A stretch of 64,000 bases of DNA from Ascoidea asiatica JCM 7603 (lineage: Eukaryota; Fungi; Ascomycota). The stretch spans positions 1,261,184 through 1,325,183 of the forward strand of contig BCKQ01000002.1 in assembly GCA_001600695.1 (NCBI GenBank), in the 5' to 3' direction. Positions 35,841 through 47,595 of this stretch are shown one piece after another. The notes beneath the pieces were generated by a model, which was not told the DNA's origin, did no database searches, and worked only from the letters and a program-made list of their open reading frames with translations. Position numbers and translations under genes: made by a program. How positions within the stretch are numbered: the first letter of the stretch is position 1; each line of letters begins with the position of its first letter.

Positions 35841-37187
35841 ATGACAGAAAATTTTGAAGCAGATGCTCCATTAACTGCAAAAGAACTTGAAATTGCTCGT
35901 AAATATGATTTAACTCCAAAGATTATTCCATTTTTGGATAGACATTTAATTTATCCATTAATTGAATCTTTAGGTTCAGAAGAATTATATGATGAATTAA
36001 CTATAAGAAAATTAATATATGATTTATTAAAAGATACAAATATGGTTAGTTTTGTTAAAGAACAATATGAATTATTAAATCCAAATTCAAATGAATTTCC
36101 AAAAGATTTAAATGAAAGAGAAATTTTTGTTGAAAAGGAATTAACAAGATTAGAAAAAGAAACTAAAGAAACATTAGATATTTTATCACAAAAAGATGTA
36201 CAAGATAATTTAAAACAAGATAAAAATTATAATAGAGAATATTTAGAAAAAAATCATGGTATTACTGAAAAAAATATAAATGCATTATATGAATTTGGTC
36301 AATTTCAATATAATCGTGGTGATTATGTTATGGCTTCAGATTTATTAAATAATTTTAGAGTATTTTCAACAAATAGTGAATTAATTTTATCATCAACTTG
36401 GGGTAGATTTGCTTCTGAAATTATTACTTTACAATGGGATACAGCTTTACAAGAATTAAATAAATTAAAAGAAGTTATTGATTCTCGTTCAATAAAAGAT
36501 CCTTTATTACAATTACATTATAGAACATGGATTATTCATTGGGCTTTATTTCCATTTTTTAATACTGAAAAAGGTCTTGATCAATTATCTGATTTATTTT
36601 TTTCTTCATCATATTTATCAACAATTCAAGCTGCATGTCCATGGTTATTACGTTATTTAGTTGCAGCAGTTGTATCATCATCAACAAAATCAAGAAATTC
36701 ATCAGCTTTTCAAAAAAGATTAAAAGATTTAATTAGAGTTGTAAATCAAGAAGAATATGAATATAATGATCCATTAACAGATTTTATTAAAGCACTTTAT
36801 ATTGATTTTAATTTTGATCAAGCAAGATCAAAATTATCTGAAGCTGCAGCTGTAATTAAAACTGATTTTTTTTTAGTTAATGGTGCAAATAAATTTTTAG
36901 AAAATGCAAGATATTTAATTTCTGAAGTTTATTGTAGAGTTCATAAAACAATTGATTTAAATTTATTATCAAATTCATTAAATTTATCAAGAGAAGAAGG
37001 TGAAAAATGGATTGCAAAATTAATTAAAGATTCAAAAATGGATGCAAAAATTAATGAAAGTGATGGTACAGTAATTATGAATCATCCAATTACTGCAGTT
37101 TATCAAGATGTTATTGAAAAAACAAAAGGTTTATCATTTAGATCAAATCAAGTATTAATTGCAGCTCTACAGAAAACTGATGAATAA
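35841..37187 (+). CDS. INT6: Translation initiation factor eIF3 subunit e (Int6), PCI domain
   Basis: YDLTPKIIPFLDRHLIYPLIE, LHYRTWIIHWALFPFFN, TIQAACPWLLRYL, YEYNDPLTDF, EKWIAKLI. Confidence 0.95.
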   Translation: MTENFEADAPLTAKELEIARKYDLTPKIIPFLDRHLIYPLIESLGSEELYDELTIRKLIYDLLKDTNMVSFVKEQYELLNPNSNEFPKDLNEREIFVEKELTRLEKETKETLDILSQKDVQDNLKQDKNYNREYLEKNHGITEKNINALYEFGQFQYNRGDYVMASDLLNNFRVFSTNSELILSSTWGRFASEIITLQWDTALQELNKLKEVIDSRSIKDPLLQLHYRTWIIHWALFPFFNTEKGLDQLSDLFFSSSYLSTIQAACPWLLRYLVAAVVSSSTKSRNSSAFQKRLKDLIRVVNQEEYEYNDPLTDFIKALYIDFNFDQARSKLSEAAAVIKTDFFLVNGANKFLENARYLISEVYCRVHKTIDLNLLSNSLNLSREEGEKWIAKLIKDSKMDAKINESDGTVIMNHPITAVYQDVIEKTKGLSFRSNQVLIAALQKTDE

Positions 37188-37431
37188 TCTTAAATTTTAC
37201 TTTTATTACCATTGTTATTATTATTATTATTTTTATTATTATGTTAAAACATTTCTTTTCTATTTCCCCCTTTTTTTTTTTGGTCATTTATAAATAAATA
37301 CTTATTTTTTTTTATCTAAAATTTATTAATTTAATTATTTATTTACATGAATATTTATTATTTGAATATTCTAAAAAAAATAGCTTTTATAGCTTTTCTA
37401 TAAAGTATTATTTATAATAATTATTTTTTTC

Positions 37432-38229
37432 TTAAGGCGAAACTTCTTTAACTTTTTCAGTTTCAGTTTCATTTGAAGCTTGATTTTCATTTTCATTAAT
37501 TTTTATAGATGGACGATCTTGAACTAATATTCTTGTATGTTTTCTAGTTTGTGGTTTGATTGAAGAAACAGGATATGAAATTTTTTTCAATGGAGTAGAA
37601 TTTAAATTAGAAATAGAATCTTTTTTAATAGAGTTTAAACTATTATCTAAAATATAATCTATTGGTAAAATTGCAGGTAAATTTTTTAAAGATTCTTCAT
37701 TATTATAAAATTCAATTTTTAATTTTTCAACTAATTCATAAAATTCTTCTTTTGAATTTTTACCTCTAAGTCTTAATAATTTATCAATATTTTTTTGAGT
37801 TAAATCATCTATTGGTAAATTTTGTTTTTGTAATCTTGCAACAATTCTTGCAGTTAACCAATATTTCATTTCTCTTTTACCATCAACAAGTTCTAATAAA
37901 CTTTGTTCTGCACAATCACCAATTCTTGGTTCTAATCTTGTAACTCTTGTATAACCACCATTTCTATCCGAATAACGTATAGCTAAATCATTAAATAATT
38001 TAGGTATGGTTAATTTAAGTTTAAATAAATTTCTACCAGCTTGAATTTTATTTGAATTTGAATTTGATTGTTTTGCTAAAGTTATTAATTTTTCTGTATA
38101 ACTTTGAGCTTCTTTTGCTTTTGCATGAGTAGTTATTAAAGTTTCATTTTGAATTAAATCTGAAGCAAGATTTCGTAATAAAGATCTTCTATGAGAAGCA
38201 GTTCTTGATAAATGTTTGTACAACCCCAT
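37432..38229 (-). CDS. MRPL8: Mitochondrial ribosomal protein bL17m
   Basis: LSRTASHRRSLLRNL, ITTHAKAKEAQ, RNGGYTRVTRLEPRIGDCA..LLELVDG. Confidence 0.95.
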   Translation of the reverse strand: MGLYKHLSRTASHRRSLLRNLASDLIQNETLITTHAKAKEAQSYTEKLITLAKQSNSNSNKIQAGRNLFKLKLTIPKLFNDLAIRYSDRNGGYTRVTRLEPRIGDCAEQSLLELVDGKREMKYWLTARIVARLQKQNLPIDDLTQKNIDKLLRLRGKNSKEEFYELVEKLKIEFYNNEESLKNLPAILPIDYILDNSLNSIKKDSISNLNSTPLKKISYPVSSIKPQTRKHTRILVQDRPSIKINENENQASNETETEKVKEVSP

Positions 38230-38400
38230 TTTAATATATAAGACTTCAATCTATCAATCTCCCAAACTATGAATCAATCAATCAATCCACTGATCTATCT
38301 ATTTCTAAACTTCATCGTTTCCTCATTTATCAATAATCAAATATCCAATAATTATTATTTTTTGACCTTCTTTTTAGAAAATAAATTGAAATTTCCAAAG

Positions 38401-38442
38401 CACGTGACCTGGTTGCAGGGTAAAAGAGGATGAAACACGTGA
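38401..38442. promoter_or_regulatory. Two Cbf1-type E-boxes (CACGTGAC 38401-38408, CACGTGA 38436-38442) in the MRPL8/MIC12 divergent promoter
   Basis: Two RTCACGTG-like sites within 42 bp between two divergent mitochondrial genes. Confidence 0.6.
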
Positions 38443-38685
38443 ATGTCACTAAGTTAAGAAGCACCAAATAGAAACTGAGTAAAAAGAGTGGAAGAAGAGT
38501 GGAAAAAGAGTGTGGAGCAGATTGAAGACTGTAAGAGGATAAGAATAAGAATGAGAATGAAAATGAGAATGAAGTTGTTGATTATATTCGAATAAAGTAA
38601 AATAGAGATTAAAGATAACTTATTCAATTCAATTCAATTCCAGTCAAAAAGAGAAGTAATAGACAAGTAGATATAGAGATAAAAA

Positions 38686-39146
38686 ATGACAGGTAGAATA
38701 CATGGATTTCTTGGAGGTAAGTTTACTTTTATACCAATAGAATAATGAATAATGAATAATGAATAATGAATAATGAATAATGAAATGAAATATGAATAAG
38801 AGAATAATAACTAATCAATAATATTTATATATATTTTGGAATATAATTAGGAGTACTTTTAACATCATCAATAGTTTATGGAACAGTTTTAGAAATACAT
38901 AGAAATGAAAGAATTTTAAGAAATTCATTAGAAACATCAAAGAAAATTATTGATGAAAGAAATTTAATTAAATTACCACCAAAAAGAATAAATGATTATA
39001 TAAATAGACCAAGTTTTAAAGAAAATTTAAAAGATATTTGGAATGAAGAAATTATAATTGGAGTTAATTGGTTGTATTCAATAAATTGGATTAATATTAG
39101 TAATAAATTTGAAAGAAGTTTAAAGAAATTAATTGAAAATAACTAA
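38686..39146 (+). CDS. MIC12: MICOS subunit Mic12 (Aim5), 2 exons (38686-38716, 38851-39146), 108 aa; absent from the ORF track
   Basis: Spliced product MTGRIHGFLG|GVLLTSSIVYGT...RPSFKENLKDIWNEEIIIGVNWLYSINW matches the yeast Mic12 pattern. Intron 38717-38850 is GTAAGT...AACTAAT...TAG and splices in frame. Confidence 0.88.
38740..38783 (+). repeat. (GAATAAT)n heptamer repeat inside the MIC12 intron
   Basis: About 6 tandem copies. Confidence 0.85.
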
Positions 39147-39168
39147 AATAACTAAAGTGAATATATAA

Positions 39169-39710
39169 TTATATAATTTTATTATTATCTTTTTCTTTTT
39201 CTTTATTTTTAATTTTATTATCTTTTTTTGTAAAATAATTATTAATTTGACGATATAAATCCCATTTATAAAAAGGAGCAATAAATAAAAAAATTAAACC
39301 TAATATTAAATCAATAATATAAAATCTTCTTGGACTAAAACCCATCATACCAGAATTTAAAAAAAATCCAATAAAATCAGTATTAATTAATTCAATACCA
39401 TTATTTAATTGATTTAAAATTATATTAAAACAAGATAATAAATCAATTGGATTTGAAGCACCTTCAATAATTTTTGTAATTTCAGGTTTTGATTTATTTT
39501 CTTCAATATAACCTTCAGAATTAAAATTACCTGGTAAAATTGTTGTAATTTTTATATTTTTATAAGGTAAAGCTTCTGTTCTTAATAAATCAGATAAATT
39601 TCTAATTGCAGCTTTTGAAGGTGAATATGATCCATAACCGATAAATGGGAAAAAAGCAACTGAGGAACTAAAAAAAATTATATGATTTATATCTTTTGGT
39701 TCTATATTAC

Positions 39711-39750
<40 letters not shown>

Positions 39751-40194
39751 TTTGATGGATTGATTGATTAAATGTTTAAAAGCAACATGAGAGAAAAATA
39801 AAGAAGTGAAGAAATTTAATTTAGTTTGAGATTCTAATTCATCACCAGAATAATCTTTAAATAATTTAGGTAATGCAGAACCTGCAACACAAAATATTAT
39901 ATTTGGAATTAAATTAAATTTTAATGGATTTAAAATTTTCTCAAAACATTTCTCACATTCTTTATAAATTGAAATATCAGAGACTATATAAAAAAGTTTT
40001 TGAGATTTATTAATTCTATATAATTCAATTTCTTTTATTGCATTTTTTAATTTTATTTCTGTTCTTGCTATAATTATTACATTTGCAGATCTTTTAAATA
40101 ATTGTTTTGCAATTTCTAATCCTAAACCTTGAGAACCACCTGTTATAACTACAGTTCTATCCTTGACTACAAATTTATTTGAATTGAAAAACAT
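39169..40194 (-). CDS. TSC10: 3-ketodihydrosphingosine reductase
   Basis: VITGGSQGLG, CVAGSALPKLF, FIGYGSYSPSKAA (YxxxK), PGNFNSEGYIEENKSKPEITKIIEG, C-terminal hydrophobic segment. Confidence 0.93.
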
Positions 40195-41144
40195 TTGTAT
40201 GATAAAGAATAATAATAAGACAATAAGACTAACTTCGGAAATAGAATATTATCAACAGAATACTTGTGTAACTAATATCTCTTTCAATCAATTAATATCT
40301 GATTATCTTTCATATCATTGATAAATATCATTGATTATATTTCATTGATTTCTCTTGTTCTTCTTGTTACTTTTCATTGACATTCTCACGAAGGTTTTGT
40401 CACTCGGCGGGTATTGCGCTGCAGTACGCAATAATTATAACATTGTACAGCGCGAGACCACTCTTCTGGTACTCTTTATTTTCTGTTCACATGCCATTTT
40501 AAGCAGCCCACGGGAGTCATGTTCAGAGCCCTAGCTCTTGCTTAGAGCCCTGCTCAACACTCAACACTTTTCTCGCTCGCTCACTTCTCTGCAGCACTAT
40601 GCTGCACTCCGCGCCCGTCGACAGCCCATGCACACAGAAAGAACACCCACAGGTCTGGCTTCTTTCTTCTCACCAGATCTGTTTCATTCAATATATTAAT
40701 ACTTCAACTATTACTCAAAGAATTACTCTCATTATTACTTTATACTCTTTTATTTATATAAATATTTTATTTTATTCTTTTATTTCAATCAAATTAACTC
40801 CATTCATCTCTTTTTATATCATTTTATATTATTTTATATCAGTTTATATCAGTTTATATCATTCACATCATTCATATCATTCATATACTTTTTATCACAT
40901 TCAAATCACAACAATTATTCAAAATTCTGTTGGTTATAAACTTGTTTATCAATTTAGGTAATTTAATCAATTTTATCAATCTAAGATTTTTCATTTTCGA
41001 CTATTTTTCTAAAACGTGTATCATATCATATCATACTATATCAAATTAACTTATTTTATATTTTATCTTATATCCTATATTATATTATTTCATATCAAAT
41101 AAATCATTAAATCAATATATTTTTATATAAATATAATTATCAAA

Positions 41145-42884
41145 ATGGAACTGAATATAAATATAAATATTAATAGAAATATATCTCCATCAACTTCAAT
41201 GTCTTCAATAAATAATTATAATAATAATAATAATAACATTAGTACTAATACTAATACCAATACTAATACTATCACTAATAACAATAATACTAATAAAAGT
41301 GAAAGTGATATTGATTTTGATTCAGATTCTGAAGTTTATCTTAATTCAAATAATAATCCAACTTCAATTCCAATTCAATCACCTTTACAATCTCCATTAC
41401 AATCAGATTTGAATTCTCCAAAATTAACGGATTCAAATATTTCTAATTCCAATACTTCTGAAGCTGAGGAATATGAGAATCCAGAAACTGAAGATAATAT
41501 ACAACTTTTTCCAAGATCAACTTCTTCAATTTCTATATCTTCTGCATATTCTTCATCTAATTATTTTAAAACTCCAATTGATAAAATGTCTTTATTAGAA
41601 TTATTAGATCCATTATCAATATCTTATTTAGATATTGGAGGTATTTCAAAAAAAAATAAAAATAAACATAAACATACAAATACAAATACTAAATTGAAAT
41701 TAAAAGATAATTTATTAAATAAAGTTAAAATTAATACAAATAATTTACCATTTAAAGATATAAAAAATATAAAAAATATAAAAAATTTAACAAATATTGA
41801 ATTATCTGAAATTAAAAAAAAATTTTCAAAAAGATTAGATAATTTAGATAAAAATTTAATTAAAAATTTAACAGCTTCAAAAACTGAAAAATTATTTTAT
41901 GCTTTTACTTTATATTCAATTTTTTTTGCAGGTTATTTAATTGGTAAATATCCAAAATATTTTCATCTTTATTATTCATTTTTATTTATAATTTTAATAC
42001 CAATTAGAGCTTATACATATTATAAAAAAAATTTTAATTATTTCTTAGCAGATTTATGTTATTATGTTAATATTTTAACAATGATTTTTATTTGGTTATT
42101 TCCAAATTCTTCTCATCTTTATATGATTTGTTTTTGTTTTTCATTTGGTACATTATCATGGGCTGTAATAACTTGGAGAAATTCTTTAGTTTTACATTCA
42201 ATTGAAAAAATTACTTCTTCTTTTATTCATGTTATACCTCCAGTAACTTTATTTGTTATAACACATGAATTAGATTCTGATTTTAAAAAAAAAAGATTTA
42301 ATGGTGCTTATAAATTTAATTTAAATATTAATAATTGGAGTTTATGGAATGGTATATTATGGACATCATTTTATTATTTAATTTGGCAATTATTTTATCA
42401 TTATTTTATAACTATAAGAAATGCAGAAAGTATAAAAAATGGTAAAGTTAATTCATTTACATGGTTAAGAAAATCATATAGTAAAAAAACAATTGGTAAA
42501 ATTGTTAATAATTTACCAGAACCATTACCTGTGATTGCATTTACTTTAATTCAATATGGTTATCAATTATCAACAATGTTATTATGTCCAATTTGGTTAA
42601 AAAATAAAAGATCTGCATCATTATTTATGACATTTATATTTATTATTGCTTCTTATAATGGTGCATCATATTATGTTGATGTATTTGGTAAAAGATTAGA
42701 AAAAGAAGTTTCAAGATTACAAAAAGAAATTTCTGATTTACAAGCTGAACATTTACAAAATATTAATTCAAATAATAATTCAAGTAGTAATAATTCAAGT
42801 TCAATCTCAATTGATAATAATAATGATAAAGAAAATAATCATTTACAAAAATTAACAATCAAAGAAGATATTTCAACAAATTGA
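41145..42884 (+). CDS. GPC1: Glycerophosphocholine acyltransferase (DUF2838)
   Basis: YFLADLCYYVN, GTLSWAVITWRNSLVLHSIEKITSSFIH, WQLFYHYFI, SFTWLRKS, NGASYYVDVFG. Confidence 0.92.
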   Translation: MELNINININRNISPSTSMSSINNYNNNNNNISTNTNTNTNTITNNNNTNKSESDIDFDSDSEVYLNSNNNPTSIPIQSPLQSPLQSDLNSPKLTDSNISNSNTSEAEEYENPETEDNIQLFPRSTSSISISSAYSSSNYFKTPIDKMSLLELLDPLSISYLDIGGISKKNKNKHKHTNTNTKLKLKDNLLNKVKINTNNLPFKDIKNIKNIKNLTNIELSEIKKKFSKRLDNLDKNLIKNLTASKTEKLFYAFTLYSIFFAGYLIGKYPKYFHLYYSFLFIILIPIRAYTYYKKNFNYFLADLCYYVNILTMIFIWLFPNSSHLYMICFCFSFGTLSWAVITWRNSLVLHSIEKITSSFIHVIPPVTLFVITHELDSDFKKKRFNGAYKFNLNINNWSLWNGILWTSFYYLIWQLFYHYFITIRNAESIKNGKVNSFTWLRKSYSKKTIGKIVNNLPEPLPVIAFTLIQYGYQLSTMLLCPIWLKNKRSASLFMTFIFIIASYNGASYYVDVFGKRLEKEVSRLQKEISDLQAEHLQNINSNNNSSSNNSSSISIDNNNDKENNHLQKLTIKEDISTN

Positions 42885-43921
42885 AACATTACTTATGATT
42901 GATAAATAGTTATTCATTTTCTCCATTTCTCAGTCAATCACTTACTTACTTTCATATTTCATATTTCCTTTTTACTTTTTTATTTCTCTTTCATTCCTTA
43001 GATTCTTTTTTTTCTCTTTATTGAATCAAATCAAACTAAAATTAAATTTTTATTCTATGCCCTATTTTTTGTACTCTTTTTCATTTTCCTTTTCTTTTTG
43101 CTTTTGTTCGATGTTCTGGTTTTCTCTTATTTACTTTCTGGCTGATAGTATCCTCTTTTTTTATATTATATAATGATTTCTCCATCAATAAACATTTCAC
43201 ATAAATATTAAATATTAAATTTTTCTCCTTTAAATGTAAATGAATATACAGTATTTCCTTATGAAATCTAAATTTATTAGCTCAAACACAGAACACCCGT
43301 ACTTCTGGTCTCATGCGTTGTTTAACTATGAATGCTGTATGGTTTCCTTTCCCAGTGGCCAAAGCTGACGGCGTGAATTTCGCTGGTTTGAATCTGGCTC
43401 AGAAAACACAAAAAATCAATGAGCTAAAAAAAAAAGAGTAAAGAAGAAAAAAAGTGAAAGGAGCAAAAGAGAAATAAGAGAAATAAGAGAAATAAAAGAT
43501 TTATATCAGACTTAAAACAAGTAACATAACAACAACAACAACAACAACAACAAGCCAAGTCAAGTAACTGATTCAATCGATTCTTATTGCCATTGATATA
43601 TCAACTTATATAAAAAAGTACTCATTCAAGTCTCATTTCTTCAAGTAATATTATCCATTAAACAAGATCATATTTTGCTAAATTAGGTGCAAAACCTCCA
43701 GAACCTATATAAATAAATTAATAATAGAATTAGAGATTGCTTTGCCACTTGTATTTATATAATACTTTTATCCATTAATATAAAAAATAAAACATATTTT
43801 GATATTCATTTTAATAAATAGGGGCTATTTATATTCAAATTTATATATTCATAAACATATATCAAAGTACTAAATTCCTTCAGTACTAAAATTCAATTAT
43901 TCATAAAACATTATATTCAAA

Positions 43922-45415
43922 ATGGTTGTAGATGAAACTTATTATAAAGTATTAGGAGTTGAAACAAATGCAACTCCACAAATTATTAAAAAATCATATC
44001 GTAAACTTTCTTTAAAATATCATCCTGATAAAAATCCATCTCCTGAAGCAAAAGATAAATTTCAAGAAATTACTGCTGCTTATCAAGTTTTATCTGATCC
44101 TGATTTAAGATCAAAATATGATAAATTTGGTAAAGATAATGCTGTACCTTCTGGTGGTTTTGAAGATGCAACTGAATATTTCGCAATGATTTTTGGTGGT
44201 GAAGCTTTTAATGATTATATTGGTGAATTAACTTTATTAAAAGATTTAACTAAATCTGCTGAATTATCTCAAACTAATGATGAAGAAAATGATAAAAATG
44301 ATAATAAAAATGATAATAAATCAAATGAAAAGAACTCAAATGATAATAATTCAAATAATTTAGATTCTCATTCTCAAAATAAAAAAAATGATAATTCAAT
44401 AAATGAAAAATTAAATCAATCAAAAAATACTTATAATAATTCAACTTCAAATTCATACTCAAGCTCATCCTATAATAATAATTTTAGTAATAATAATATT
44501 AATAATACCAACAACAATAACAATAGCAATAATAATAATAAAAACCCCTCATCATGTTTGGCAATAGAAGAAGATTATAAAAACAAATCAAATACTAATG
44601 AAAAAAATTCAAATGGAAAACTTGATGATAATAAAGATAAAGAAAAAGAAAAAGCAAAATTAACTCCTGAACAACAAGCGGAATTAGATAAATTTGAAGA
44701 AGAATGTAGATTAAAAAGAGAAGAAACTCAAAAACAATTAGCTGAAAAATTAATTTTAAGATTATCTGTTTGGACTGAAAGTCCAAAAGATAAAAATTGT
44801 TTAAAAGCTTTTAAAGCAAAATTTGAAGCTGAAGGTGATTTATTAAAAATTGAATCTTTTGGTCTTGAAATTTTACATACAATTGGTGAAATTTATTATA
44901 CAAAAGGTTCAATTTTTTTAAAATATCAAAAATATTTAGGTATTACTGGTTTTTTTCATTCTGTTAAAGAAAAAGTTGGAATTGTTTCTGATACTTTTAA
45001 AACAATTTCTTCTGCTTTAGATGCTCAAAATACTATGCAAGAATTTACAAAACTTCAAGAAATTGAAAATGAAGAACAAAAATTATCAAAAGAAGAAATA
45101 GCTGATTATGAAAAATTATTAATGGGTAAAGTTTTAGGTGCTGCTTGGGCTGGTTCAAAATTTGAAATTCAAGGTACTTTAAGAAGTGTTTGTAATAAAG
45201 TTTTATATGATAAATCTGTTCCATTACAGAAAAGAATTGAAAGAGCAGAAGGTTTAGTTGAATTAGGTAGAGTTTTCAAACATGCTTCTCGTACTGATGA
45301 TGAAAATGAAGAAGCAAGAATATTTGAAGAATTAGTTGCTGAAGCTCAGAAAGATAGACCAAAAAGAAAAGCCCACACAAAAGATAAAGATCCTGTAGTT
45401 AATAAAACTTCTTAA
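43922..45415 (+). CDS. DJP1: J-domain co-chaperone of the Djp1/Caj1 family (DnaJ plus DnaJ-X)
   Basis: MVVDETYY...HPDKNP; GGFEDA..F..IFGGEAF..YIGEL; [15 protein letters not shown]; [18 protein letters not shown]. The N-terminus is closer to Djp1 than to Caj1. Confidence 0.8.
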   Translation: MVVDETYYKVLGVETNATPQIIKKSYRKLSLKYHPDKNPSPEAKDKFQEITAAYQVLSDPDLRSKYDKFGKDNAVPSGGFEDATEYFAMIFGGEAFNDYIGELTLLKDLTKSAELSQTNDEENDKNDNKNDNKSNEKNSNDNNSNNLDSHSQNKKNDNSINEKLNQSKNTYNNSTSNSYSSSSYNNNFSNNNINNTNNNNNSNNNNKNPSSCLAIEEDYKNKSNTNEKNSNGKLDDNKDKEKEKAKLTPEQQAELDKFEEECRLKREETQKQLAEKLILRLSVWTESPKDKNCLKAFKAKFEAEGDLLKIESFGLEILHTIGEIYYTKGSIFLKYQKYLGITGFFHSVKEKVGIVSDTFKTISSALDAQNTMQEFTKLQEIENEEQKLSKEEIADYEKLLMGKVLGAAWAGSKFEIQGTLRSVCNKVLYDKSVPLQKRIERAEGLVELGRVFKHASRTDDENEEARIFEELVAEAQKDRPKRKAHTKDKDPVVNKTS

Positions 45416-45858
45416 AAAAAATAAATTTAATTCAATCATTATCTATATTATCCTTTTACGCTACCTTCTTTTTTTTTTTTCTTTTATCTTTTTTATTTAT
45501 TTACCTTATCTTATCTTATTTGGTCCCTTTGTTTGTTTTGTTATTTTGGTCTACTTTTATTTTAAATTTTTTATTTGAAATTCATGCATTTAATTTTAAT
45601 CATATTATATTGATTCATTATCTTATCCTACTAATTCTAATTATTTAACTTTAACTTTAATTTTTTGATTTATTTATTATTCAATTTTTTTTTTTTATTA
45701 ATTAATTTTATGTACGTGTAGATAATCCAGTGCTTTTTTAATTTCTATTTTTTTCTTTCAAATTATTTAGATAACTTTTTAGGTTTTATAGGCACCCTTT
45801 TAATAAATTACTTAAAATAATTTAATTTTTTTATTACATATTTAAAAAAAAATTTCTT

Positions 45859-47089
45859 TTAATTATTTTCTTTTTTAACTCTTTTATTAGAAATTGGTAA
45901 CATATCTAAAATAGACCTTTTTTTACTATTTTTTTCCTTTTTGATATTATCTTTATTATTTTCCTTCTTAACATTTTTCTTGATATCTTTTTTAATATCT
46001 TCTTTCCTATCATTTGTTATATCGGATGAATCAATAATTTGAATATCTTGATTATCTTGATCTAGAATTTCAGTATTATCTTTTTCAAGTTTTAATTTAT
46101 CTTTATTTGATTTATTTTTTAACATATCAAAAATTCCAATTTGAGATTTATTTTCAGAACTTATTGAATTTTCTTTTAAATTTTCATTTAAATCTTCATT
46201 TGAGTCTTTTATTTTTAAAGGTTCAGAAAGATATGGACCATCATTTGAAGGTTTACCAACATCTTTACATACTTTATACCATTGTAAATCATTTTTATTA
46301 TAAATTTTTAAACAATTTGCTAATTTTTCATTCCATTTATTATTTTCAGAAATATTTAACCAAATTTTAAATTCATCTGAATTTGGATCTAAGATTATTG
46401 GCATTCTAGTATGTAACCATTTCATATTTTCTGGAGCTGGACCTGTTATTATTGTAAAAGTATGAAGTTCTTCATTTTCATTCTCATTTTTATGAACTTC
46501 TTTATATTCCTCTTCTTCTTCTTTTTTTTCTTTCTTTTTAATTGAAGAAAATTTAGTTAAAGACCATAATCCTGCTAAAAAAATTAATTTATTATCTTTT
46601 CTTTTAATATAATATGGTATTCTTTCTTTCCCAATTTTTTTCCATTCATAATAACCTTGAACAGGAATAGCACATCTTTTATAAGATTTAACAGATTTCC
46701 AAATTTTTCCATCACCAATTACACTTTCTAATCTTGCATTAAAAGTTTTTGTGAAATTAAAATTTTTAGAAGATTTTCCCCAAGGTGGAATTAAACCCCA
46801 TTTCATATAATTTATAACAAATTGATTATTTAATTGTTGATTTGTAGTGCAATAATAAATTGGAGCTATATTTGTTGGAGCTATATTATAAGAAGGACGT
46901 TGACCAGATTCATATAATAATTGATTAATGAATAGGTTTTGTTGAGCAAAATAACTAGGTAATTCTTCACCAGACTGAATATAAAAGGCAAGTTTAATTC
47001 ATTAGTTAGTTAAGTCTATTAAATATGATTTAAATCTTGTTTTTGAATTTAATTATACTTACAATGGCCATTGAGAATCTTCCACACAT
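45859..47089 (-). CDS. SRAP/HMCES abasic-site-processing protein (YMR114C-like), 2 exons (47089-47063, 46974-45859), 380 aa
   Basis: Exon 1 MCGRFSMAI supplies the catalytic Cys2; intron 47062-46975 is GTAAGT...AACTAAC...CAG; then SYNIAPT, MKWGLIPPW, TFNARLE, GYYEW, FTIIT, WLHTRMPIIL. Confidence 0.93.
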
Positions 47090-47363
47090 CTTGTTTCAGG
47101 AATTTAGCATCATATTAATCAGTTAAGCAGTTTAAATTATTTGTCTAGCTCACCATTGAATTGAATATCTCTTATATTACTTGGGTTCTAACTGGAATAG
47201 TACCAATTGAAGTGATCTTCTTTATTTATCTTCTTTATATTCTTTATCTTCTTTATCATCTTCTGCTGCTTCTTTTTCTTGTTTGCTGAGTGTTTTCCAG
47301 TCGAGGTAAAAACGAGCCAATGAACTTTGCGAACTTTGCGCTGAGGAAATTTGGGGATTTTCT

Positions 47364-47369
47364 ACGCGT
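47364..47369. promoter_or_regulatory. MCB element (ACGCGT) in the SRAP/MGR3 divergent promoter
   Basis: A rare CG-rich hexamer 275 bp upstream of a DNA-repair gene. Confidence 0.45.
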
Positions 47370-47595
47370 GCACGCTTTGAAAGAAGCTTTATTTATTTAT
47401 TTATTGAATTTATTATTTATGTATTGATTATGATTAAATGATTGATGAATTGATTAGTTTATGAATTGATTAGTCTATTCAAGAAGAAAGAATTGAAAGG
47501 GAAGAAGATTGTTGAAGGAAAAAGAAGTGATCTAAATTTGTTCAATTGGTAGAAAGAATAATATATCTTGTAACATACTTGTAAATATCTTAGCA

